Assembly: GCA_002049895.1 (NCBI GenBank)
Contig: MVCW01000002.1
Coordinates: 1 to 35,166, forward strand
Length of the DNA: 35,166 nt
Source: Candidatus Omnitrophica bacterium 4484_171
Lineage (GTDB): Bacteria > Omnitrophota > Gorgyraeia > Duberdicusellales > 4484-171
Direction: 5' to 3'
Of this stretch, positions 8,639-16,600 are shown piece after piece. The notes under the pieces were generated by a model. The model made no database searches. It had not been told where the DNA came from and saw only the letters and a program-made list of their open reading frames with translations. A program made the position numbers and the translations under genes. The number at the start of each line of letters is the position of its first letter. Positions within the stretch are counted from its first letter, which is position 1.

Positions 8639-10807
8639 TTACATTCCACCGCCTGTCGTAAGTTTTATATTTCCAAGGTTTGTAGTCGTACCTGCGTTTA
8701 GTTTTATTGAACCCACGCTTTTAGAATCATAATTACTTTTCTCCACAGTCACAGAATGCCTTCTTGTAGTCTGATTGTAATAATTATTGCCAACGACTCC
8801 CGGAGGCGGCCAGGTCTCTATAACACCATCAAAAGTAAACCTGCCGCTGCCATTTGTATATTTAACAATACTGCCTCCGCTGTAGCGGTGCAAAGTGACT
8901 TTCGCGCCGCTTATGGGGCTGCCACCTGATGCGTCTACTACTCTTCCCTTTATAATTCCATAGCCTTCAGGCCAAAGATAAATCGGAGACTGCCAAGTTG
9001 ATACATTTGCCGCAATATGCGCCTCAGGCACATAAGCGGGATTATACCAATGGCTGCTCCCCCCCCAGTTATTTGATGTACTATCACAAGGATAATATCC
9101 GCCCCTGCTAGCTATAATTCGGCGTGTTCCTGTAACAATGGCGCACCCGCTGCCGCCGCTGCATTTAATTTCATAATATCCGCTATTGTTTGTAGCATAG
9201 TTCTTCCATCCGTAACCTGATATGTATATATCCACGTGCTCTATTCCAGATAATGTCTTGCCGTCTCTAACATAGCCTTTTGCGTCCCCGCAGGTATAGT
9301 CATTCGCTGCCGGCAGCTTAATAGTAACATCTCTTGTATCTCCCTCATGAAGAGAGCCGATATAATAGTAAGAACTATAAACTGTCTGCTGTCCTAAATC
9401 ATCACAACATGCCGTGTGCTGTACACCTGCCCTGCCCCTTATTACAATGTAATACCCAGTATTATTAGGAAACATATCCTGCTCGGCGGGAACACTTTCC
9501 TGCTTAAAGCCTCCTTCGTCAGTCGAATGCCATCCGCCGTGATAACCTTGCCGATTATGGTCGCTTCTTCTTTCCCATATACGGATTTCGCCTTGAATAG
9601 GCGCGTTGTTGCTGTCTATGAGATGTATTTTCAAAGTAGCCGTAGGAACAGTTACAAGCTTTATATCGCCTAAATCAAGATTCTGTCCGGGATTTACACA
9701 GATATAATCTGCTGCACTTGAACCAAGCCAGGGATTTGCGCAATTGCGTTCGCTCCCGTCAATATTCATTTGGGACGATGACCAGCCTCTATAGTTATAC
9801 GCCGTTCCGTAAGGACTACAAATATTTGTACAGTGATGATTATAAATATGGGGGTAATACCGCGTATCTGTACCTCGGCCTGTTATAACTGTAAAACATT
9901 TCTGGTCAGTATCAGTAAAATCAATTTTAAAATCAAAAGGATTTCCTGTATATGTCTTGTAACTTCCCTTCCGATAAAGAGACACGTATTGAGACAAGAC
10001 ACTTCCGATAAACCTCCCTTTTATATGCGCAGGAGTCGGCAGGGGGTCTAAAGAAATATCTGCCGTTGTAGACTGAGAAGAATATACATCAACATAATGG
10101 CCGCTGTGTTCGGCGCTATAAGTATAATCGTAATATGCCGGATGAGTAACAGTAATTTCCCATTGGCCCGGTTTAAGACGAAAAATAACAGTGCCGCCGG
10201 TGCCTGTTTCCGCGAAAGTATATTTTCCTGAACTATCGCTGGCTGTGGTATAAGAGATATCGAAACTGCCGGTTGTATCGTTATAATGCCTGGCGGTAAC
10301 ATTGGCGTTGGCTACAGGGCTACCATTATTAGAATCAGTAATTGTGCCCTCTATGTTTCCCGGAAGAGGCTCAGGCGGCCTTGATAATAAAAGCGCAAAA
10401 TGATAATCGCGCGCGTTGCCTCTTTCTGTCCAATTTACAGTCACATCCGCTTTCTTAAAATCACTGCTTCCAGCAACAGGGCTAATGGAAATACTGCGGG
10501 TAAAACCGGGGAAATCGGAAGATAAATCAGAAAATGTATGGCTTTCTAGCGTATCGAAATCAGTATGCGCCTGAGCCCTTACTTCCTCTAAACTGCGTTC
10601 GGCTAAATCATAAGCTATGCTTCTATTGCGTGAATCCTCAACCGCCCGGGAAACTACCACAAACGAAGAATAAGCGCCTGCACTTACAATGGCAATCAGC
10701 ACAGCGCTTACAAGAACCTCAATAAGAGTAAAACTCCTGGCAACTTTGATGCTGTGGCTTCTTTTATATAAGAAATGATGAATGCTTTTTAAATTTGTTT
10801 TTAGCAT
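8639..10807 (-). CDS. large modular pilin: PilV/GspI-like pilin module fused to tandem carboxypeptidase-regulatory-like beta-sandwich domains
   Basis: ...IKVARSFTLIEVLVSAVLIAIVSAGAY is a prepilin motif. Downstream are IEGTITDSNNGSPVANANVTA and IKGRVVDASGGSPISGAKVTLH...GSGRFTF (CarboxypepD_reg-like), plus 2-3 weaker copies and a Cys/Tyr/Gly-rich core. I place the start at ATG 10807; the ORF track extends to GTG 10849. Confidence 0.8.
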   Translation of the reverse strand: MLKTNLKSIHHFLYKRSHSIKVARSFTLIEVLVSAVLIAIVSAGAYSSFVVVSRAVEDSRNRSIAYDLAERSLEEVRAQAHTDFDTLESHTFSDLSSDFPGFTRSISISPVAGSSDFKKADVTVNWTERGNARDYHFALLLSRPPEPLPGNIEGTITDSNNGSPVANANVTARHYNDTTGSFDISYTTASDSSGKYTFAETGTGGTVIFRLKPGQWEITVTHPAYYDYTYSAEHSGHYVDVYSSQSTTADISLDPLPTPAHIKGRFIGSVLSQYVSLYRKGSYKTYTGNPFDFKIDFTDTDQKCFTVITGRGTDTRYYPHIYNHHCTNICSPYGTAYNYRGWSSSQMNIDGSERNCANPWLGSSAADYICVNPGQNLDLGDIKLVTVPTATLKIHLIDSNNAPIQGEIRIWERRSDHNRQGYHGGWHSTDEGGFKQESVPAEQDMFPNNTGYYIVIRGRAGVQHTACCDDLGQQTVYSSYYYIGSLHEGDTRDVTIKLPAANDYTCGDAKGYVRDGKTLSGIEHVDIYISGYGWKNYATNNSGYYEIKCSGGSGCAIVTGTRRIIASRGGYYPCDSTSNNWGGSSHWYNPAYVPEAHIAANVSTWQSPIYLWPEGYGIIKGRVVDASGGSPISGAKVTLHRYSGGSIVKYTNGSGRFTFDGVIETWPPPGVVGNNYYNQTTRRHSVTVEKSNYDSKSVGSIKLNAGTTTNLGNIKLTTGGGM

Positions 10808-10931
10808 ACACACCTTCCCTTTCCCACTCCTTCTTATTATACAAACCACACTTTATATGGATAATCTGGTATAATGCCTTATTTTAACAGTAATTGCTCG
10901 GTATAAGCTACTGCCTCCCCCTTTCCTTTCA

Positions 10932-10961
10932 TTTATACCATATTTTTATTATATTTTTCAA
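10932..10961 (-). promoter_or_regulatory. candidate promoter for the modular-pilin sub-operon
   Basis: Minus strand reads TTGAAA (10961..10956), an 18-nt spacer, then TATAAA (10937..10932), within the 170-bp gap after the secretin gene. Confidence 0.3.
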
Positions 10962-11019
10962 AAGGACAATACAGCTTAAGCAAAGCCTTAAAAGCGGCTA
11001 TTTGGACAGAAACAGACAG

Positions 11020-12411
11020 TTATCGGGATACCACTGTGGGAGTAACAGTAATAATCAGTTCTGAGTTAGCCACGGTATGGTGGTTATATTTAAATAGATT
11101 ACCGAAGAGAGGAACACTGCCCAGCATGGGAACCTTATATAAGGTATTTTTATCTTCTTTGGTAAGAAGGCCTCCCAATACAAAGGGCTGTTTATTGTTT
11201 ACGCGAACATAAGCGGTAGCTTTTCTTGTTTTTACCCAGGGGTATTCATCATTAGGGCCGCGCCAGCCATATATATAACTAACCTCCGGCTCTATCTTTA
11301 TCACAACAAATTCTTTGTCAATAATCGAAGGGGTAATTTTAAGGCTTATGCCCGGCGTAACAAACCTCACCTCAGTAGAAGCCACACCGCCGGTTACCGT
11401 AGTAATTGTATAGGGAACCTCGTCCCCAACGAAAATCTCCGCCTCTTTATTGTTAATCGTAGCAACACGCGGATTAGAAAGCACTTTTGCTTTATCTTCG
11501 GTCTCAAGCATCTTTAATACTGTATTAAAAGCAATGGCACTGCGTGATAATTTATATACCCTGAAAACCGAGCCCATATTAGATGCCGTATCGCTAAGGG
11601 CAAGCGGACGTTTTGATTCCTGAAAAGCTGCAGTTATGGAATCAGACCAGTCTATGCCTAATTCCCTTAAAGCGTCTCTGTTTATTTCAATAATCTTTGC
11701 CTCCAGTATCACCTGAGGCTGAGGCTTATCAAGATTATATAGAATCTCTTCGGCTTTGTTAACGCCTTGGGGAGTACCCGTAATAACCAAAGTGTTTATC
11801 TCTGAACTTTTATTTATAGTATCAACCAATTTGTCTATTAAGCCCTCGGCTTCATCAACACTGACATTTCTTAACTTAATAACTCTGGTCACAACCGTTC
11901 CTGATTTTATCTTAGCTTTTGACGCTACAAACAGAGAATTACCTATCTGATAAGAACCGAGGCTATAAGCATTGTAAAGAAGATTTAGAGCCTCTTCAAT
12001 GGGGGTATTGTTAAGATGAATATCTACCTTTTTGCCTTTAAGGGCGGGGTCCAATACTATATTAAACCCGCCTGCTTTGCCGATACTCATTAAAACATCT
12101 TCTAAATTAGCCTTCTGGAATTCTAAATTCATTTTCTTATTCCTGTTTTTGGGGGCTATCAGGCTTCTTGCGATATCTCTCGGCGTAATCACTCTTGTAG
12201 GTACAGACATTTCTCCGGGAATGCTATTTCGGGAAACCTTCAAAGAAATCTCGTGCGCCTGCTCAAGAAGTTTATCTATGTCATTCTCTACTGCCTGGCT
12301 GCGTTTTATCAGCCCCTCGGTACCAGAGGCATCATCCTTATCTGCCCATGAATAGTCTGCGGCTAAAAACATAACTAATACCAATAAAATAATTTTCTTA
12401 TTCATTTTCAC
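11020..12411 (-). CDS. pilQ: secretin (PilQ/GspD family), short form
   Basis: Signal peptide MKMNKKIILLVLVMFLAADYSWA. C-terminal secretin signature LSNPRVATINNKEAEIFVGDEVPY ... VPMLGSVPLFGNLFK. 463 aa. Confidence 0.9.
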   Translation of the reverse strand: MKMNKKIILLVLVMFLAADYSWADKDDASGTEGLIKRSQAVENDIDKLLEQAHEISLKVSRNSIPGEMSVPTRVITPRDIARSLIAPKNRNKKMNLEFQKANLEDVLMSIGKAGGFNIVLDPALKGKKVDIHLNNTPIEEALNLLYNAYSLGSYQIGNSLFVASKAKIKSGTVVTRVIKLRNVSVDEAEGLIDKLVDTINKSSEINTLVITGTPQGVNKAEEILYNLDKPQPQVILEAKIIEINRDALRELGIDWSDSITAAFQESKRPLALSDTASNMGSVFRVYKLSRSAIAFNTVLKMLETEDKAKVLSNPRVATINNKEAEIFVGDEVPYTITTVTGGVASTEVRFVTPGISLKITPSIIDKEFVVIKIEPEVSYIYGWRGPNDEYPWVKTRKATAYVRVNNKQPFVLGGLLTKEDKNTLYKVPMLGSVPLFGNLFKYNHHTVANSELIITVTPTVVSR

Positions 12412-12850
12412 CTCCCACTTTTAATACTATCTTTTTTCTGCCCTTAGCTAAGACTACGCTGTCTTTATTTATTCTCATCACTATATAATTTCCTATGCTA
12501 TCCCCCTCTTTAAAGGCTCCTGTCTTAAGAGGCGACTCTAACAGGGCAACAGAATTATCGCCCAGTATAACAACACCTATTAATTTCAGTTCTGTTCCGA
12601 TATTAATATCAGCGGATTCCCCGTTGTTATAAAAAACCTTTCCCAAAAGAGGCATAAAAGGGTCTTTGGTAAAAGTAAATTTATAGGGCCTAGGATGAAG
12701 TATAGCCTTAGCAAGACTGACTTCCTTTACCGTGTTAACGGGCTTGCTCTCGGTATGCGTATTAGCCTGTATCTTACGTTTAATCTTCGTGCATCCGGAA
12801 GCCGATAAAACAGCACCGGCAGCCATAAATATTATAATAACTTTTATCAT
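12398..12850 (-). CDS. pilP: PilP-like pilus assembly lipoprotein
   Basis: Lipobox LSASGC. 150 aa. PilP-like beta-domain pattern (FTKDPFMPL...LKLIGVVILGDNSVALLE...GDSIGNYIVMRINKDSVVL). Its position between PilO and the secretin supports the call. Confidence 0.65.
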   Translation of the reverse strand: MIKVIIIFMAAGAVLSASGCTKIKRKIQANTHTESKPVNTVKEVSLAKAILHPRPYKFTFTKDPFMPLLGKVFYNNGESADINIGTELKLIGVVILGDNSVALLESPLKTGAFKEGDSIGNYIVMRINKDSVVLAKGRKKIVLKVGGENE

Positions 12851-13470
12851 CTTCTGTCTTTTAGCTCACTGCCGCTTTTAAGGCTGTAAAGCCTTAGGGT
12901 AAATTTACACCTCAATAAAGGATATTTCTTTATTCTTATTTCAACGTTACTCAACGTAATGAGCTGACGGTATCCTTCTAAGAAAACCAGAAAATTTACT
13001 ATTGACGAAAATCTTCCCTCTATTCTTATGTCTATAGGCATCGCCGCAAGAAAAAGCGGCTTATCTTCTTTGTTACCAGACGGCTTATTCCCGGAATAAC
13101 TATTGCCCGATGTAGAATTCTTCGGTTCAACTTTCTTAAACTTTCGGGTTTTCATCTCCGATATCTTTATATGAGACTTCCTGGCAATCAAAGATATCTC
13201 CTCTAAAAATGAAGATACATCCCTGTCGTTAAAAAGAATCCCTTCCAGCTCTTTCTTCTGTGTTCTATATTTTATGATGAAATCTCTATAATTATTTTCA
13301 TCGTTCCTCAAGCGCATTGTCTCATATTGGCCCGCGCTAATCCTGTTCTGGTACTTTTTACACTTAAACACAGGCAAAGACACCAAAATTCCATAAATTA
13401 CTGTAATAACCGCACAGCCCGCCAGTGCTGTAATCTTTATCCGAAAAAAAGATAACTTACTTTTTTTCAT
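12847..13470 (-). CDS. pilO: PilO-like inner-membrane pilus assembly protein
   Basis: One N-terminal TM segment, a coiled-coil stretch and a C-terminal alpha/beta domain (PIDIRIEGRFSSIVNFLVFLEGYRQLITLSNVEI). 4-nt overlap with pilP and 14-nt overlap with the upstream gene. Confidence 0.65.
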   Translation of the reverse strand: MKKSKLSFFRIKITALAGCAVITVIYGILVSLPVFKCKKYQNRISAGQYETMRLRNDENNYRDFIIKYRTQKKELEGILFNDRDVSSFLEEISLIARKSHIKISEMKTRKFKKVEPKNSTSGNSYSGNKPSGNKEDKPLFLAAMPIDIRIEGRFSSIVNFLVFLEGYRQLITLSNVEIRIKKYPLLRCKFTLRLYSLKSGSELKDRR

Positions 13471-14944
13471 CGGAATTACGTTTTAAATCGGCTACAATGC
13501 CAAAGCTAAAAATATTTCTATCTTCTATTTTTATCTCTCTTAAAAAATCAAATTTGGCATTCTGAAGCACTGATGATTTGTATATCTTGCGCATAAGCTT
13601 GGCAACTGATTCTATTTTGAAAGCACTGCCTTTTATCTCAACTTTACCCGACTCCGGAACCTTGAAAGAAGCCAAAGACAGCTCATCAGGTAATTCAGCG
13701 GCCACCTCCCCAAAAACCCTGGACCACGATATGCGGTTAAGGTTCCTTACAAAAGTCGCCTGTTCAAGCAGGCGGCTGCGCATATCAAGGAACTCATCTC
13801 TTTCTTTCTTAAGCCTGGCTGTTTCCTGCCTTAATTTATTGTTCTGAGCATTAATTTCTCCTAGCTGCTGCGTTAGCCTCTTTTCTTTGGCACTGTAGAT
13901 AATAAAAGTCTTTACCGCAAAAATACTAATCAAAGCAATATACAATACGGAAGCAAAAACGGCCTTTTTTAGATAACTTTTCAGCTTGCTTTTAGCTAGA
14001 AAATGGCTGAAGGCAAACATGCTATTAATTTTCTTTATATGAGCAATTGGCCCGCAGCAGCCTAAGAAATATATAGGATTAAATTCCTCATCGTATTCCT
14101 TCCTGAAACCGGTTATATCACCAATAGATAACTCACTAATTTCGTGGTCTCTCATCTCGCTGTCTAAAAGTTCCGCTAAATCGGAAGCTTTTGTGTTGTC
14201 CCAAATAAACCACACTTTTTTTATCGTTTCTTTTTTATTCTCTATAGCGTAAGACTTGAGTATGCGGTCTAATTCATCCACCCAGTGCAGTAACGCCGAA
14301 TTGTTTATCTTTCCGTCACTGTAGGGATACAAATCAATTTTCCCCGTGCTCATCATGTAGAAGAACCGGCACTCTTTTTTATCGGAAACAATAATGTAGC
14401 TTTGGCGCTGGCCCAAAACAAGCAAGGCTTCTTCCTTGGCTGTCGCGGGCAAGTTTGGCAGGATATTAAGAAGATTTAAGGGGGCAATCTCCAAACTTTC
14501 AAGGGACAGCTTAACCGCTTCTACGCCTTTTACAATAGAATCTAATATATCCCGGCGTATAGCGGAAAAAGTAATCTCAAGGCGGTTTAAACCAGTAGCA
14601 TAACCGCGGTATATGTAATCAAATTCTTTATCAGCAAAAACCGGCGCCTTCTCTATCTCTCCGGCAATAACTTCGTCCAGTTCCTGCCTAGGCATTTTAG
14701 GAAGATTAATCTGGTGGGTAATAGTCTCAGGCGTAAAAACGGTTACAAACGCTTTTAGTGGAGATATTTTTTCTTCGGAAATGATTTTGTGTACACTTTC
14801 GCTTACTGAGGAAGAAGAAAGCACCCCTTCATCAAAAGGCACGGAACCAGCTTTAGAGCAAAGAATCACCCCTGCTTTTCTTTCCAGATAAGCATATATT
14901 ATGCTATCAGCGCTGAACACTAAGCCCAAAAAACCTCTGGCCAT
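13457..14944 (-). CDS. PilM-PilN fusion protein (GspL-like architecture)
   Basis: The N-terminal ~320 aa are actin-like and PilM-like. Then comes a TM segment (AVFASVLYIALISIFAVKTFIIY), a coiled coil, and a PilN-like periplasmic domain (WSRVFGEVAAELPDELSLASFKV...VEIKGSA). Confidence 0.8.
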   Translation of the reverse strand: MARGFLGLVFSADSIIYAYLERKAGVILCSKAGSVPFDEGVLSSSSVSESVHKIISEEKISPLKAFVTVFTPETITHQINLPKMPRQELDEVIAGEIEKAPVFADKEFDYIYRGYATGLNRLEITFSAIRRDILDSIVKGVEAVKLSLESLEIAPLNLLNILPNLPATAKEEALLVLGQRQSYIIVSDKKECRFFYMMSTGKIDLYPYSDGKINNSALLHWVDELDRILKSYAIENKKETIKKVWFIWDNTKASDLAELLDSEMRDHEISELSIGDITGFRKEYDEEFNPIYFLGCCGPIAHIKKINSMFAFSHFLAKSKLKSYLKKAVFASVLYIALISIFAVKTFIIYSAKEKRLTQQLGEINAQNNKLRQETARLKKERDEFLDMRSRLLEQATFVRNLNRISWSRVFGEVAAELPDELSLASFKVPESGKVEIKGSAFKIESVAKLMRKIYKSSVLQNAKFDFLREIKIEDRNIFSFGIVADLKRNSDEKK

Positions 14945-14950
14945 AAAATA

Positions 14951-15322
14951 TTAAAGATGCGTATCCGGCCAAGCGCTAAAATGCGTGGATTTATCTACCT
15001 GGTATCCGTTATTGTTATCTCCTATAAGAGTATAAGCTACCCCGAAAGGACACACGGGCTGGTCCGCAATAGTATGGGCCCCGTCTCCATCTACATCAGG
15101 ATAATAGGGGTATAAATTTGCCAAAGCATTACAGTTAGCCCAGCTTCTGTTTTCTGAATAGCACATCTGAAGGGCAGTGTTGATAGTGCGGATATTAGAA
15201 GCGCAGGTTTTGGTATTCGCCTGCCTTATCGCCCTTAAGGTATTGGGCAAAATAAGAGCGACTAATATACCGATGATAACTAAAACTACCAGAAGTTCGA
15301 TTAAAGTAAAAGACTTTTTCAT
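14951..15322 (-). CDS. major pilin / GspG-like pseudopilin
   Basis: MKKSFTLIELLVVLVIIGILVALILPN... is a class III signal peptide with a very short leader. 123 aa. Strong SD AAGGAGG 5 nt upstream. Four Cys residues in the globular part. Confidence 0.9.
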   Translation of the reverse strand: MKKSFTLIELLVVLVIIGILVALILPNTLRAIRQANTKTCASNIRTINTALQMCYSENRSWANCNALANLYPYYPDVDGDGAHTIADQPVCPFGVAYTLIGDNNNGYQVDKSTHFSAWPDTHL

Positions 15323-15355
15323 CCCAACCTCCTTTTTTACTCCCTATACCATTTT

Positions 15356-15384
15356 AGTATAACATAAAATCTGCAAGAAAACAA
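15356..15384 (-). promoter_or_regulatory. candidate internal promoter for the major pilin gene
   Basis: Minus strand reads TTGTTT (15384..15379), a 17-nt spacer, then TGtTATACT (extended -10, hexamer at 15361..15356), in the 66-nt pilC-pilin spacer. Confidence 0.35.
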
Positions 15385-15388
15385 CAAT

Positions 15389-16600
15389 CTAACCGTGTAT
15401 GCCCTGCCATATACTGAATATCGGAAGATATATAGAAACAAGAATAAAGGCCACCAAACCTCCCACAAATATTATCAGTATCGGCTCAAGATATGTCAGG
15501 AATTTATCCAGCCGGGCGTCCAGCTCTTCTTCCAGATACACAGCTACTTTATCGAGCATATCGGACAACGTTCCGCTTTTTTCCCCTACCGCGACCATCT
15601 CAACTAAAAGCGTTGGGAATTCCCTGGCTTTTTCCATAGCATCGCTTAAGGAATCGCCTTCCGTAATTTTTACTTTTACAAAGTCGACAGCTTCTTCAAT
15701 ATATTTATTTACAACTGTGGCTTTGGAAACCTCAAGACTTTTAACTACGGGCAGACCGGAATTAAGAAGAAGGCCCAAAGAACGGACAAATCTTCCCATT
15801 GAAGCAACATAATTAATCCTGCCAAAAATAGGAAGTTTTAACTTCAGACGGTCTATACCGAGGCGGCCGGAATAAGTAGAAGAAATTGTTTTATATATAA
15901 AGACCGCAATGGATACCAACGCAACAGCAATTATCCAGAAATATACAGACCTCATAAGATGAGAAATATCCACAACTATTTGGGTAACAAGAGGAAGAGA
16001 TACATTAATTTTTGAAAATACCTTCTGAAATGTAGGAACAACCAGGGTAAACATCAGAATTACCACTATAATAGCGAACACCACGACTATTAAAGGATAT
16101 GTAATTGCCCTCTTTATCTTTGCTACAAACTGCTGCTGGTCAGTAAGGTATCCTACAAGTTTCTTGAGAATCGGCGCAAGGCCGGCGCCTGTCTCGGCCA
16201 CGGATAAAAGAGAACGGTACATAACAGGAAAAACCCTGGGAAATTCGTTTATAGCCTCAGACAGGCTCTTCCCGCTGTTTAAACTGTTCTTTATCTGGCT
16301 GATAATAAGCTGCATCACGGGGTCGGTCATCTGCTTCCAAATAATATCCAGCCCCAAGAGTATAGGAAGGCCTGATTCAATCATAGCGCTAAGCTGGTGT
16401 GTGAACATTAAAAGAGTATCCAGTCTTATCCTGACTCCGGAAATATTAGTCTTGGATTTTCGGTGTTGCGGGGAAACCGTAACAACATAATAACCGCCTA
16501 CGCGCAATTTTGCCTTGGCGGCTTTTACATTATCCGCCTCTATGACACCCGTAAATGGTTTGCCGGAGGAATCTCTTACTTTGTAAACAAATGTATTCAT
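15389..16600 (-). CDS. pilC: type IV pilus / T2SS platform protein (PilC/GspF family)
   Basis: 403-aa polytopic protein with the duplicated GspF motif (GKSLSEAINEFPRVFP and GDSLSDAMEKAREFP). TAATG overlap with pilB. Confidence 0.93.
   Translation of the reverse strand: MNTFVYKVRDSSGKPFTGVIEADNVKAAKAKLRVGGYYVVTVSPQHRKSKTNISGVRIRLDTLLMFTHQLSAMIESGLPILLGLDIIWKQMTDPVMQLIISQIKNSLNSGKSLSEAINEFPRVFPVMYRSLLSVAETGAGLAPILKKLVGYLTDQQQFVAKIKRAITYPLIVVVFAIIVVILMFTLVVPTFQKVFSKINVSLPLVTQIVVDISHLMRSVYFWIIAVALVSIAVFIYKTISSTYSGRLGIDRLKLKLPIFGRINYVASMGRFVRSLGLLLNSGLPVVKSLEVSKATVVNKYIEEAVDFVKVKITEGDSLSDAMEKAREFPTLLVEMVAVGEKSGTLSDMLDKVAVYLEEELDARLDKFLTYLEPILIIFVGGLVAFILVSIYLPIFSIWQGIHG

Noticed and set aside
10867-10875. 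Plus-strand extended -10 (TGGTATAAT) in the pilQ/modular-pilin gap
   Set aside because: It would drive transcription antisense into pilQ. No -35 or downstream plus-strand gene is present, and such hexamers arise by chance in AT-rich spacers.
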